DNA of 37,195 nucleotides from Bdellovibrionota bacterium (GCA_963169515.1 CAUJEF010000096.1:1-37195); one strand, 5' to 3'; positions 20,601 to 30,382 are shown, counted from the first letter of the stretch. Numbers and translations: made by a program. The notes: generated from the letters alone by a model not told the origin.

Positions 20601-21763
20601 GGAGCAAGTTGCGCGTATGTCGCGGGGTTAATTAACATCTCTCGCAGGCTGTCGAACACCCTTGGATTTGAGGGATATTCGGTCATAAATTTATTAATGT
20701 TTATAAGCGTGAGGGCAACGGCAAAGCCGGCCGAATTCATGCTGTAAACAGAGCCATGCTTTGCAAACCCATTTAACAGTCGTTCGACATAAGCAGTCTT
20801 TTCAGACGCGGTCATCCGCGGGTCGGGCTCTTGATTAAATTGCCAGCGCTGGTTTTTTCCTGCGCTACTTGAGCTTGGTTTTGATTTCACTAAAGACCTG
20901 TTATGTGCAATCGCCTGTGGAGGAGAAGGCTTTCCAGAATACATTTCCTCAATTAACTTTTTGGACTCGTCCGGATATTTTTTTATCAAACTTTCGAGAT
21001 AATTTATTTTTTGGGTGCTGTCTTCGAATTGCTTCAGTCGAGCGCCATTTTCATACTTGTATAACAAATAATCCATAAGAACCGAAAAACGTTCAATTAT
21101 AAGATCCGTTCTTCCGTTGGCGGTAAGAAAACCGCGGGCGCTTATTCCCTTGTCGGTTTGGGCTTTTAAGTTATCGAGTACGGCAATAGCATCTTTGTAA
21201 ATTTGATTTCTAAAGTCTGGGTTTTCACCAAAAAAAGTTTTTGCATTCAATTCGGGCTTAATGTTTGACGATTTTTGATTGTTTGCTTCCGTCTTTTTTG
21301 GATCAGATTTTTTTATCGATTCGCCTTGAATTCTTGCGTATTCTTTTTTTAGGGAATCAACATAGTTTAAAAGTTCGGTGAGCTGCTTCTTAGAATTAAG
21401 ATCCTTTATGGTCTTCCAAACATATACCCGTTGTGATTCGGGACTGCTATAAAGCCGAAAAGCTCCCCTTTTTGAACTATAAAAATAGCTTGAGAGGATG
21501 CTCGTGGTTCTTGATAGGATCCATCCTCCGTCTGAAAGAGTTCGGACACGCGCCTCAGATTCTTTTTTGCTTAAATTTTTAATATATTCTTTGATGGCGT
21601 TCGCGTTTGATTTGTAATCAGTACTTGTGCCCAAAAGGTCTGTTGCCTTCTTATTTGGATCCCCTGGGTATTCAATATACTCACCCAACACAGGATCAAG
21701 AGCCGAATGTGCAGAGGTACTAAAAAAAACTACGAATGCTAAGGCTGTAAATATACTTTTCAT
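17657..21763 (-). CDS. Large exported hypothetical protein (1368 aa)
   Basis: 4.1-kb ORF with signal peptide (AHS-A); several moderately hydrophobic internal helices; no family recognised. Confidence 0.85.
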   Translation of the reverse strand: MKSIFTALAFVVFFSTSAHSALDPVLGEYIEYPGDPNKKATDLLGTSTDYKSNANAIKEYIKNLSKKESEARVRTLSDGGWILSRTTSILSSYFYSSKRGAFRLYSSPESQRVYVWKTIKDLNSKKQLTELLNYVDSLKKEYARIQGESIKKSDPKKTEANNQKSSNIKPELNAKTFFGENPDFRNQIYKDAIAVLDNLKAQTDKGISARGFLTANGRTDLIIERFSVLMDYLLYKYENGARLKQFEDSTQKINYLESLIKKYPDESKKLIEEMYSGKPSPPQAIAHNRSLVKSKPSSSSAGKNQRWQFNQEPDPRMTASEKTAYVERLLNGFAKHGSVYSMNSAGFAVALTLININKFMTEYPSNPRVFDSLREMLINPATYAQLAPFHYLQMKYDAKFGEMGKTASAMRSTLGLNMFDAVGMSDLARRSGKLLWASTKISGLFMVPVAISQMIGRFSNVAYACYQIQYNKERISTIEYKQFGGICADGYFNQWLKSETAQQFVVDMHNTFWTGMIFFTGAQVYDDLKNSEVGKNLKNKFRNKIRILKGGTSLPATAKDVEMINQALKDTKLSKTLLIQTTKGTGGSTALKFILRFGRISGAMTAFFMLYDVVDYKLGIGTATAQTISARILDHDYGKLTRTLSACLPYYGLTTKYSLPPDCQGTEILSQLEKFRADQEMWHNKITARTREAFINWVIYYNELVNRYSAAKNFYRDLVWQIQKARQLNIKLPVIEKNNKMFSQFYSLFDWSQKNLNKYETLPFLKTDAYFRLSPDITDAPVIDKIQKLSRASQAEPYKKISSNYLKDAEFTQGKLNETQILSMKMQPKIVGLVSQVLENEVRIRKNLDSKTIQKLHEYIIAFRSKKQSDVAKALFDLNYEASLYQERCGQKVREENPLRVALENTMFSVIANYQTATPFDKANVDGWLDKQLRLEPLCRETEYFSSTQSNLGPDNRCIFEEVRQALYGNGYDERSKLFSAGAPVGPGGAFAEDYEVYLRINGVDASTRDQHFHGRDTKSMIEYLLLSMVCGPDNDWFNDKNDNLLPDKTIYDDRGWKGRMDLPRITKGPSTPEICQRKVPNSFQQLIHNYHMDAPMSYIYRENNPFPFRVEIDTLSLYYPFESDGKTYASIMDYIYQNFDSRFLGKLDFDTWWQQTMEPRYAKLLDAAYKEFKTDILEKEYYPLLHDKAIHNEKIYAIMLGNAMGRLKVKIPLGVLPAIREEVTFYFDAILEPLYDSLYRRNDLLGKENYLQAKKDLLDQLNILFLIAHKADSKDLKLEREILKNAIENLNYLFGIGVSEEAEGQQENPYYLHYDDSLIHSTIDSAANTGIISKAIIRQTLQNIERAALSAAEAQTMANMFLSEGRD

Positions 21764-21779
21764 CTCGAAATCTAATTAG

Positions 21780-21795
21780 AGCAATCCAAATGCCA
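21780..21795 (-). promoter_or_regulatory. sigma54 -24/-12 promoter
   Basis: TGGCATTTGGATTGCT, exact GG-N10-GC spacing, just upstream of ATG 21763. Confidence 0.7.
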
Positions 21796-21908
21796 TTTTT
21801 GATGTTTTAAAGAGAAGGTAAGTGGTTGTTTGGTTTAAAAAATACTTCTTTTTGAGGGCGGCTTATTTTGGGCAGACAATGTTTAAAGTGTAAACAAATT
21901 GTAAACAT

Positions 21909-21950
21909 AAAAAAACCTCGAATAGCAACAATTCGAGGTCTTTGTTTTTT
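21909..21950. terminator. Intrinsic terminator, possibly bidirectional
   Basis: ACCTCGAAT/ATTCGAGGT 9-bp stem flanked by A7 and T-rich tracts, just after the stop of the 222-aa gene. Confidence 0.75.
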
Positions 21951-21955
21951 AAAGA

Positions 21956-22624
21956 TTAAGCGCAATTTGCAATAAGTGCTGTGACAAATTGTTCAACGGT
22001 CAGTTTAGAGCGAGTGTCTTTCAAGTATTGTTGCACGGATGCCCTAATTGCTTCGGCTAAAATAGATCCTGAAATCGTTCCATCTTTACTTAAAGAATTT
22101 GTTTTTGATGCCATCACTTGAATGCGCGTGTTGAGAAGGCTTTGTAGACGAATAAATCCCTTTAGGTTCGAACCACCCCAACCAGATAGATTGCTGAGTT
22201 TTTCGCCAGAGGCAAGAACGTCCATGACTTGTTTTGCGGTTATATTGCTAACAACTGACGAGTTACACTCATCCGTGCAGCCCGCAGATAAAATAAGCGC
22301 GTAAACTCTGTTTGCAAGAAGAGTGGTTAGTTCTGGCTTTGATAAGCCTTGTGGAAGCTTTCCAGAGTTAAATGATTCGCTGATTCCTTTGAAGGCATTT
22401 TCAAGTGTTATTTCTGTAATTCGCCCGCTATTAACGGCTTCAGATAACGCCCTTGCAACTGTGATGTCGCCCTTAAGCGGTGTCTGGGCGGCCAAAGTTT
22501 CAATCGTGCTGAAACCTGGGATTTCAGTTACAGGTCGCGTTGCTGTTCGTCCACCAACGGCAAGTGCTGCTGATGATACGACTGATAGTGCTAGTAAGCT
22601 AGCAAGGAACCCTTTAGTTTTCAT
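21956..22624 (-). CDS. Secreted hypothetical protein (222 aa)
   Basis: AGGAG RBS, signal peptide ending ALA, own terminator. Confidence 0.8.
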   Translation of the reverse strand: MKTKGFLASLLALSVVSSAALAVGGRTATRPVTEIPGFSTIETLAAQTPLKGDITVARALSEAVNSGRITEITLENAFKGISESFNSGKLPQGLSKPELTTLLANRVYALILSAGCTDECNSSVVSNITAKQVMDVLASGEKLSNLSGWGGSNLKGFIRLQSLLNTRIQVMASKTNSLSKDGTISGSILAEAIRASVQQYLKDTRSKLTVEQFVTALIANCA

Positions 22625-22742
22625 GTTAACTCCTGGTCAAAGTTTCTTAACTTTTTATAATAAATCCGCTGACCTGCGATACATAAAACCCATTAAATGA
22701 ATTTTTTCTAGTACGGTAGACCAGCACAACGGGCGTTTAAAA

Positions 22743-22758
22743 TGCAAATCAAATGCCC
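22743..22758 (-). promoter_or_regulatory. sigma54 -24/-12 promoter
   Basis: GGGCATTTGATTTGCA, GG-N10-GC, nearly identical to 21780-21795. Confidence 0.6.
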
Positions 22759-23044
22759 AAATCAGCTGGGGGTAATTTTAAATAGGGCGGGTACGCAAGT
22801 GCATTTTGCGATATTGAAGGGGGGCTTTGTTGGGGCAAATTGACTTTTATTTAATCTAATCAATAGCTTATTCAGACGCCTGATCTTTTCTTAGCAGGGA
22901 CCCTTTTAGGCCAAAATATGCTTTCCTTAAGTCTGTGACAGGGAAAGCCATAAGCTATTAGAATCTTTGATTTTTTTTGTATTCGTTTCTAAAATAGAAG
23001 GCTCGTTAATAAAAATCCCAATAGGGGGCTTTGAGGAGCATTCA

Positions 23045-23632
23045 ATGAAATATTTTATCTTAGTTTTTTCAGCGCTTGTATTATCAAGTTGCGGACCAAA
23101 GGGTTTCGTAAAAGGGGAATATGACGACGTAGAAAATGAAAATTTAATGAACGATCAGTGGTCAGAAACCGATATGCAAAATGCTGTTAAGGCCTTGGTT
23201 GATAGCCTGATTCAGCATCAGTCTATAGCGGGTGCTTCACGTCCCCCACTTGTGATGGTAACCAAATTACAAAACAAAACGAGCGAGCACATAGATACTC
23301 AAAACATTATGGATATGATTCGCGTTGAGCTTACGAATAGAGGAAAAGTACAGTTCGTAGATAAAGAGGCCCGTGAAGATGTGGCGGATGAATATGATTA
23401 CCAGTCTTCTGGCATGGTGAATGAAAACACGAAAAAAGGTCCGGGGGGTCAGTTGGGCGCGGACTATATCTTAAACGGACGATTGGATTCGATCACTCAA
23501 GAAGTTGGAAACAAAAAAACCGTTTATTACAAACTGACGTTGAATCTTACGAATTTGAAAACAAACGTCATTGTTTGGACAAACTACAAACAACTGCGTA
23601 AGAAATTTAAAAAGCGTTCGGTTGATATTTGA
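23045..23632 (+). CDS. lpoB: Penicillin-binding protein activator LpoB-family lipoprotein
   Basis: GAGGAG RBS; lipobox LSSC; WSETD, NKTSEHIDT, GADYILNG, YYKLTLNLTNLKTNVIVW pattern. Confidence 0.85.
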   Translation: MKYFILVFSALVLSSCGPKGFVKGEYDDVENENLMNDQWSETDMQNAVKALVDSLIQHQSIAGASRPPLVMVTKLQNKTSEHIDTQNIMDMIRVELTNRGKVQFVDKEAREDVADEYDYQSSGMVNENTKKGPGGQLGADYILNGRLDSITQEVGNKKTVYYKLTLNLTNLKTNVIVWTNYKQLRKKFKKRSVDI

Positions 23633-24870
23633 TTAAAAAACAAAGACAAGCCGTGCGCTCAGTTCTTTTATTTCTTTTTTTATTCGCCTCAGGCTGTTCG
23701 ACATTTTCTAAAACCGCCAGCAAAACGAATCGGTTAATTTATCAGCGTGAATTTTTAAAGGCAGCAGAACAGTTAAGACCGCTCGCCGAGACAAATTCTG
23801 ACGATCAATTGGTGTATTTGCTTGAATATGGAACGGCTCTTCATTACGCGGGAAAGTATGGAGAGAGTAACCATGCGTTTTTAAGGGCCGACAAATTAAG
23901 TGAAATTCAAGATTATACTAGCCTGTCCCGAGAGGCCGGGTCCCTTTTGTTGAATGAAGGTATGGTCCAGTATAAGGGCGATGACTACGAAAAGGTTTTG
24001 ATCAATGCTTATTTGGCAATGAATTATTTGTTTTTGGGGGAGCTCGATGACGCCGTTGTGGAAGCCCGCCGCTTAAATGAAAAGCTTCGAAAATATAAAC
24101 AAGAGGCAAAAAGAAATTACCAGCAAAATGCATTTGCCCGATATCTTTCGGCGATGGCGTGGGAAGATCAAAGAAACTGGGACAGCGCCTACATCGATTA
24201 CAAAAATACGTATGATTTAACGGGTGGATTTAAGCTTTTAGAGCAAGATTTGATTCGGGCGGCAAAGCGTGCGAGTCGGTCAGAGGACTACTACAAATGG
24301 AAAAGTCAGTTTGGCCAAGATATAGAGCCGAGTTCTTTAAAACCGAACTATGGCGAAATCGTATTAATATATGAGCAAGGGAATGGGCCTCGCAAACAAC
24401 CTAATCCAGAATTTATTCGGGTCCCAAAACTGTATCCACAGCCAAGCCGCGGAACCCGCGCAAGGCTTTCCATCGACGGGATTGGGGAGTTTGACACAGG
24501 CCTTGTTTACAATATTGAAACCGTTGCGATCCAGACATTGGATGATGCGTATGCCGGTCTGATTGCAAAGCGAATGGCAGGCGTCGCGGCTAAAGCGGTC
24601 GTTGCGGACCAAGTTCGACAAAAAAATAAATTACTTGGAAACCTGCTTTGGATCGGTCTAAACCTAGCAGACCAGGCGGATCTGCGCCAATGGTCCACTC
24701 TTCCGGAAACTCTACAGGTGGCGCGGGCTTGGGTGCCTGCAGGGCACTATACAATTCGTGTCCGCACCTTCGATCATTTTGGCGAACCGACGGGTGAAGA
24801 TATGCCCCCACAGACTTTAAAGGTGTCGCCCAAAAGAAAAACATTTGTAAATTGGCGTTCATTTCAATAG
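23629..24870 (+). CDS. COG3014-like TPR lipoprotein
   Basis: Lipobox ASGC; Y.G.DYEKVLIN.Y.A.NY, A.VEARR, ADLRQWSTLP motifs; adjacent to lpoB. Confidence 0.8.
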   Translation: MIKKQRQAVRSVLLFLFLFASGCSTFSKTASKTNRLIYQREFLKAAEQLRPLAETNSDDQLVYLLEYGTALHYAGKYGESNHAFLRADKLSEIQDYTSLSREAGSLLLNEGMVQYKGDDYEKVLINAYLAMNYLFLGELDDAVVEARRLNEKLRKYKQEAKRNYQQNAFARYLSAMAWEDQRNWDSAYIDYKNTYDLTGGFKLLEQDLIRAAKRASRSEDYYKWKSQFGQDIEPSSLKPNYGEIVLIYEQGNGPRKQPNPEFIRVPKLYPQPSRGTRARLSIDGIGEFDTGLVYNIETVAIQTLDDAYAGLIAKRMAGVAAKAVVADQVRQKNKLLGNLLWIGLNLADQADLRQWSTLPETLQVARAWVPAGHYTIRVRTFDHFGEPTGEDMPPQTLKVSPKRKTFVNWRSFQ

Positions 24871-24877
24871 TCTAAAA

Positions 24878-27013
24878 ATGAATATGCCTCACTTGTACAT
24901 ACAGTTCCTGTGGCTTGCGATTTTGTACATTTCTGGTTGTGCAACCGGATACGCAAATAATCGTCCATTGACTCCAGATGAAAATGCTTGGCGAAAAACA
25001 TACCTTGAGGCTTCGGCAGCTCTTGAGTCTCAACCGAAGATAGCATGTAAAAAGTTTTTATCTCTTGCAGGATCAAGTCCGGCAGAGGGCCTATCGGAAC
25101 TCGTTAGCTTGCGAGTAATGCAGGCGTGTGGGTCATCAGAGGACCCACTGGCAATTGTTTCTAGAAATTGGCTCAAGGCTGAGGCCATGAAGCTCGGTTT
25201 TAAAACTATGAAGCAAGATTACAAGCGAGTGATCAGCTATCTAAAAACGGAAGAAGCTTTACCGCTGGGTGAAAATTTGCGTTTGGTTTATAAGGAGAAA
25301 AAGGCTCTTGCAAAGAAAGCCTTGGCGTGGGCAAAGGCGGCTAACGACAAGATTGCCGTTGACGAAATACTAAGACTTGCGCCGACGCTTTATATAGATG
25401 CAAACATCAAAGTTCCAGAGGACAAAGTATTAGAAATCGCAAATGATCTACGGACAGAGCGGAGGTTTTTAGAGGCGCGAGCCTATTACAAAAAATGGAT
25501 TGAACTGGCTCAAAAAAAGCTAGACACGACAGAAGACTACGATGAAAAACTGTTCGAGTACGCAAAAATTTATAGCGCAAAAATGGGCATACGCAATGTT
25601 TATAAGTTAGAAAACAACAAGCCACAATCTGTTGTAGAAACAGGTCGCCTTCGCAAATACTTTGAAGATGCTTACAAAAAAATCCCGGAGCCAGAAATAC
25701 TAAAATTTTATCATGATGCCGCCCTTCAATACGTGCGCGACCTTTGGACGGTTGAATCAACAGAGAAAGCCGAAGCCCAATTGGACAGGGCCATACAGTT
25801 TCTCGACGGAAAATATTCCTTGGCTCAAATGTATTGGCTAAAAGGACGAATTGCTCAAGAGAAACAAGAGTTCGAAAAGGCGTCAGAGTATTTTAAGGCC
25901 GGGCTTGGCCAATCTTCGGATAAAGAATTTACGATCGACCTTTCTTGGAATTATGCATGGAACGAATACAAGCTTTCACATTTTGAACACGTTGTTACAG
26001 AGCTGAACCGCCTTAAAGCCGAAGCCGAAAACCAAGCAAACTTTAGTGTTTATTTTAAAGCCACCCACTGGTTGGGGCGAGTTTATGAAAAGCTGGGTGA
26101 AAAGGGCAAAGCCATAAATGAATATGAAGACGGGGTGGAAAACAATACGTTCGGATACTACGGATTTTTGTCCTTCGTTCGAATGATCGAAATGAAAGAG
26201 CTGAGCCTTTCTGATTTGCCAATACACTTGGCGCCAGATGATAACCTGATCCATGACAAATTAAACACGGGCTATTGGTTAGCGTTGATCAATGAACACG
26301 ATGTCGTTTCAAGATATATTGTCGATTTTTGGTTACGGCTCGAGCAAAGCGAAAAAACATTACCAATTATCGAGTCTGTTTTGAATTTGTGTGACTTGGC
26401 ACAAACCTTTGAGCCAGGGCAAAGAATTATGGTTGAGCTTGACAATGCAACTCGCAAAAAACTGTTTGAAAAAAGCGCGCGGTGGTATTTTTCGACCCCA
26501 TATTTTGATGAGGTTGATAAACAGTCTGAGCGGTTTGGCGTTGATTATGAATATACATACGCGATCATGCGGCAAGAATCGTTATTCAATGAAAAAGCGC
26601 GGAGTGTTGCCGACGCGTTTGGGCTTTTGCAAATTTTGCCGCGGGTTGCAGAAATTGAATCTCCGCAAATCGGCGTCAATTACAAAAACCCAGAAGATTT
26701 ATACAAACCAGAGGTCAATATCCCACTGGGGGTTTTTTATCTGTCCAAGCAACGAAAGATTTTTGAAGGCTCGTGGGTTTTGACCGCCGCAAGCTACAAT
26801 GCCGGAGAGGCTGTTGTTAAAAACTGGATTGAGACGCGTTTTAACGGAAACACCCTGGAGTTTATGGAAGATATTCCTTATGCGGAGACACAAAACTATA
26901 CAAAACTGATCTTCAGAAATTATTCTTTCTACATTTTGCTCAATTCGACTTATGACAACCAAACAAAGCTCAATAAAATCGCTAATTATTTCAAGGTACC
27001 CACTCACTTTTAG
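24878..27013 (+). CDS. Slt-family lytic transglycosylase with TPR region, probable lipoprotein
   Basis: Lipobox ISGC; IMRQES (catalytic Glu), AFGLLQI, ASYNAG, IPYAETQNY. Confidence 0.93.
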   Translation: MNMPHLYIQFLWLAILYISGCATGYANNRPLTPDENAWRKTYLEASAALESQPKIACKKFLSLAGSSPAEGLSELVSLRVMQACGSSEDPLAIVSRNWLKAEAMKLGFKTMKQDYKRVISYLKTEEALPLGENLRLVYKEKKALAKKALAWAKAANDKIAVDEILRLAPTLYIDANIKVPEDKVLEIANDLRTERRFLEARAYYKKWIELAQKKLDTTEDYDEKLFEYAKIYSAKMGIRNVYKLENNKPQSVVETGRLRKYFEDAYKKIPEPEILKFYHDAALQYVRDLWTVESTEKAEAQLDRAIQFLDGKYSLAQMYWLKGRIAQEKQEFEKASEYFKAGLGQSSDKEFTIDLSWNYAWNEYKLSHFEHVVTELNRLKAEAENQANFSVYFKATHWLGRVYEKLGEKGKAINEYEDGVENNTFGYYGFLSFVRMIEMKELSLSDLPIHLAPDDNLIHDKLNTGYWLALINEHDVVSRYIVDFWLRLEQSEKTLPIIESVLNLCDLAQTFEPGQRIMVELDNATRKKLFEKSARWYFSTPYFDEVDKQSERFGVDYEYTYAIMRQESLFNEKARSVADAFGLLQILPRVAEIESPQIGVNYKNPEDLYKPEVNIPLGVFYLSKQRKIFEGSWVLTAASYNAGEAVVKNWIETRFNGNTLEFMEDIPYAETQNYTKLIFRNYSFYILLNSTYDNQTKLNKIANYFKVPTHF

Positions 27014-27069
27014 CGTAACGGCGCAGCAATTTATGCTGCGCCGTTACGCCAAAAGTGAGTGGGTACCTT
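26993..27069. repeat. Long inverted repeat (REPIN-like, may also terminate transcription)
   Basis: 36-bp arms with one mismatch and 5-nt loop; followed by T tract; overlaps last codons of the Slt gene. Confidence 0.85.
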
Positions 27070-27122
27070 TTTTCTTCCATATTTCATAGTCCTCGCATAG
27101 ACATCTTTTTTTAGGGGGGGAC

Positions 27123-29216
27123 ATGATTCAAAAGCTTTTTGCAACACTAACGATGTTTCTTTTCGCACTATCTTCGTCGGCAAGCGAGATAGCGCCCAAT
27201 CTCATAAAAGCAGGAAGTCCCAACTTAAAAAAGAAGCTTGGTAACAGCCCATTTGAAGTCACTACGGCAAAGCAAGTAAAATCCGTGGGGAGGTTTTCGT
27301 TTGATGGCGGAATAGCGGGTGAGGTTGTCGCTAAAAACCCAGAGTCGCTTATCTTGGGTTATCCAATGGACCTTTTAAAAAAAGAAAGCGTTTTTGGTGG
27401 GGTTATCACCAGAGTTTCCAACAAAGATAACGAAAATTTAGGCGGATTGAAACTTTCCGATTTAACACCAATACATATCAAAACAGACCTTGAAAAGGAT
27501 CCTTCAGGGGCTTTGTTTTTGGTTCTCAAAGGTTGCGCGATCAATTGCAACGAGAGCTCGCCCGATGAAATGTTAATTGGGTTTCCAGTCGTAAGTGTGG
27601 ATGAAATTAATAAACGCGTTTATGTGGATCTTGCACAAGTAGGTAAAGAGCTTGATATCGTTGGGATGCTTGGCGCAGCCGAATATTTTAATTTAGAACA
27701 CGTTCAATCGAACACCGTTGGCTTTGACTTTAGCAATAACACATTGATTTTTGACGTTGAGTCCCAATACAACATTGTTGGTAAAACAGAAGGGGACCTC
27801 AGGCCGCTTGATCAACAGAGCACAATGGTTGCGCGCTATTATTTAAAGCTGAACCCAAAAGAAACTCCGGGTTTTGAACCGCGAACCCCAACAAATGAGG
27901 TCGGGTTTTTCACAACATTTCGATCGGAAAAAGAAAAAATCACGCGGTTTCATGCAGCGGCGAATGAACCAATAAAATACTTTATTAAAAATGTGCCGAA
28001 AGAATACCAGGCGCCATTTGCAAAGTCGTTTGATGAATGGAATCGAACTTTCACAAGCGCAGTAGGCTTTGCGCCATTCGTATACGAGTTTGTGAATCTT
28101 GACGATGCGGATTCTGAAAAGCTTGTTGCTGGCGACATTCGTTATAATGTTGTCGAATGGGATTTAAACAACATTGCATCGTATGGTGGCCTTGGCCCGT
28201 CTATTGCGAACCAAGTAACAGGGCAGAACCTCTCTGCAAATGTATTGATCCAAGGTCCCACGATCGTTAAGTTATACAAACAATGGTTTGGGATCTCAAA
28301 CGACATGGATCGACCTCTGGTAGACACGCTCCATGCGCCATTAATAAAACATAAGATTTCGTTAGGTAAAAAATTGACCTTTCGAATACCGGCAGAAGAT
28401 CCCGCGTTTCAAGATGATCTTGCAAAAAAACTCGACTTCGAAAGAATTCCTGATGGATACACTTACGAACGCTATATGGAAGGGTATTTTCAAGAAATGC
28501 TGTCGCATGAGTTGGGTCACAACATTGGCCTTCGACACAATTTCCGCGGGAATTTAGGGTCAGATGACTCAATGACCGAAGGAAGTGTTTCGCGATCAAT
28601 CATGGAATACCTGGGGCGTGGGTTTCGCTACATTAACAGGATCGCGGCTTATGATGTGATGGCGATTTCATACGGCTATCTTGGGAAGGCGCCAACCGCA
28701 TCAAACTGGTTTTGTACCGACGAAAATGTTCCAAGTGAGAGCAATCTGCTGGGTTCGGCAGAGTGTTCAAGAGACGATGCTACATCTGACCCGATTTCGT
28801 ATTATCAAGATCGACTGACTCGGGCACGCGATCTTATTTCAAATCGCGGGTCTAGTGAGGAGCCTGTTTGGACTCAAGAAGACATATCAAGGGCATTCAA
28901 CGAAGCGGTCGCGGGCCTTGGTGTCTATGCAGCTTCTGCACCATTTACTGCAGATCAGTGGACTAATTTTTTTGGAAAATTGGATCGCCCTCAAGCTCAA
29001 GCAGACGTGCCTGATTATATGGCGGCAAAGATTGACGCTATTATTTGTGACCCCAGTTTAGCAGGCACAATTGCAGAAAAAGCCACACCAGCAGCCAAAG
29101 AAAAGACCGCGGCGAACATTAAAACATTCCAAGAGCAGGCGTCTAAGAAATTGTTAGGCTTTAACGGTCTCTGGGAAGTCTTTAATAAAAAGAACATCAC
29201 TTGCCTTGTGCAATGA
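27123..29216 (+). CDS. Secreted zinc-dependent metalloprotease (metzincin, DUF4953-like)
   Basis: Signal peptide; HELGHNIGLRHNF zinc motif; SIMEY Met-turn; YD..AI.YGY. Confidence 0.9.
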   Translation: MIQKLFATLTMFLFALSSSASEIAPNLIKAGSPNLKKKLGNSPFEVTTAKQVKSVGRFSFDGGIAGEVVAKNPESLILGYPMDLLKKESVFGGVITRVSNKDNENLGGLKLSDLTPIHIKTDLEKDPSGALFLVLKGCAINCNESSPDEMLIGFPVVSVDEINKRVYVDLAQVGKELDIVGMLGAAEYFNLEHVQSNTVGFDFSNNTLIFDVESQYNIVGKTEGDLRPLDQQSTMVARYYLKLNPKETPGFEPRTPTNEVGFFTTFRSEKEKITRFHAAANEPIKYFIKNVPKEYQAPFAKSFDEWNRTFTSAVGFAPFVYEFVNLDDADSEKLVAGDIRYNVVEWDLNNIASYGGLGPSIANQVTGQNLSANVLIQGPTIVKLYKQWFGISNDMDRPLVDTLHAPLIKHKISLGKKLTFRIPAEDPAFQDDLAKKLDFERIPDGYTYERYMEGYFQEMLSHELGHNIGLRHNFRGNLGSDDSMTEGSVSRSIMEYLGRGFRYINRIAAYDVMAISYGYLGKAPTASNWFCTDENVPSESNLLGSAECSRDDATSDPISYYQDRLTRARDLISNRGSSEEPVWTQEDISRAFNEAVAGLGVYAASAPFTADQWTNFFGKLDRPQAQADVPDYMAAKIDAIICDPSLAGTIAEKATPAAKEKTAANIKTFQEQASKKLLGFNGLWEVFNKKNITCLVQ

Positions 29217-29317
29217 GTAAGCATTTAAAAAAATTTTCCATGTCGTTGAAATCCATTGCCTTTGACATTGGATTTTGTATACGTTGCACCATGTTCACTT
29301 TAAGAGGGAGGACTTTA

Positions 29318-29917
29318 ATGTCTAAGTTACTTTTTTCGTTAGTATTCTCATTATCTTTTAATGTTTTTGCTCAAGACGTATTGGCGCCAGAATCAGTACT
29401 GTTGCCGATCGACGGCGCAACGGCGGAAGAAGAAACTCTTTTGTTTGAAGGCGCGTCGAGCGCAAGTTCTGTTTACGATCAAATGAAAGCGCTTTTTGCA
29501 AATGCAAAAGATAAACCTCTTGTTACAGATTTCGATAGAAAAGGTCCAACACAAAAGCGCATTTGTTTTGAAACAAGATCAATCGATCCACAGGTTCAAG
29601 AATTAACAGGCGTGCTTCGATACTCAAAAATAATTCCAGCGATTGAGGATGGCGACGGAGTTATCGTTCCCGAGCGTACAATTGAAAAGATTATGGTTGG
29701 CTTAGGGACAGACATCAGCGCATTTAATAACTGGGTTGAGCTACTGGATGACGGGAGACAATTGATTAGCGTGAATGCTCCTTCGTACAACACGCAGGCA
29801 ACTATTAAACATACCTTCAGAAAATCAGGCAAAAGAATTTACTTCCGTTCAGAAGGAAAATATGGCGATGTCAAAGTTGATTCTTACGGCATTTGCTATG
29901 TTCCGGTAACAGAGTAG
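29318..29917 (+). CDS. Secreted hypothetical protein
   Basis: GGGAGG RBS before ATG 29318; signal peptide ending VFA-Q. Confidence 0.75.
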   Translation: MSKLLFSLVFSLSFNVFAQDVLAPESVLLPIDGATAEEETLLFEGASSASSVYDQMKALFANAKDKPLVTDFDRKGPTQKRICFETRSIDPQVQELTGVLRYSKIIPAIEDGDGVIVPERTIEKIMVGLGTDISAFNNWVELLDDGRQLISVNAPSYNTQATIKHTFRKSGKRIYFRSEGKYGDVKVDSYGICYVPVTE

Positions 29918-29925
29918 GGGCTGCC

Positions 29926-30366
29926 ATGAAAACAAAATTACTTTTAATTTGTGGGCTTTTCGTATTGGCCGGCTGTGGAGAAAAGAATCAGCCCGCGGCG
30001 GGATCAAGTCTTCCTCCGTATCAAAAGCCAGATTTGTCAAATTGCACCCCAAACTACGAACTTACCATTAAGTACGATCAGTCGAACCTAGAGCACATTG
30101 GGGCGATAGCTTATTTTTCAACCCAGGTGGGCTATTACCCAGGCGAAACATTTTTTGAATTTCCAGTTAAAGGAAATAAAATTGGATCTTTCAAAGAGGC
30201 CGAGCGGGGACAAAAAATTTATGTTCGGGCAATTGCGTATGGCTTGAACGGCCGTGCGTATTCTCAAGAAAGCGTGCTCGAAGTGCTCACTTGCGAAGAA
30301 TTGAAAAAGAAAGTTGAAGCCGGCGAGCTTGTCGTTGACACGCACGAAGTGACTTTAAAATTCTAG
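29926..30366 (+). CDS. Hypothetical lipoprotein
   Basis: MKTKLLLICGLFVLAGC lipobox; beta-rich body. Confidence 0.75.
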   Translation: MKTKLLLICGLFVLAGCGEKNQPAAGSSLPPYQKPDLSNCTPNYELTIKYDQSNLEHIGAIAYFSTQVGYYPGETFFEFPVKGNKIGSFKEAERGQKIYVRAIAYGLNGRAYSQESVLEVLTCEELKKKVEAGELVVDTHEVTLKF

Positions 30367-30367
30367 T

Positions 30368-30382
30368 GTCTCAATTTGAGAC
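30368..30382. promoter_or_regulatory. Palindromic operator or enhancer site
   Basis: GTCTCAA-T-TTGAGAC perfect palindrome about 120 bp upstream of a sigma54-like motif. Confidence 0.5.
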
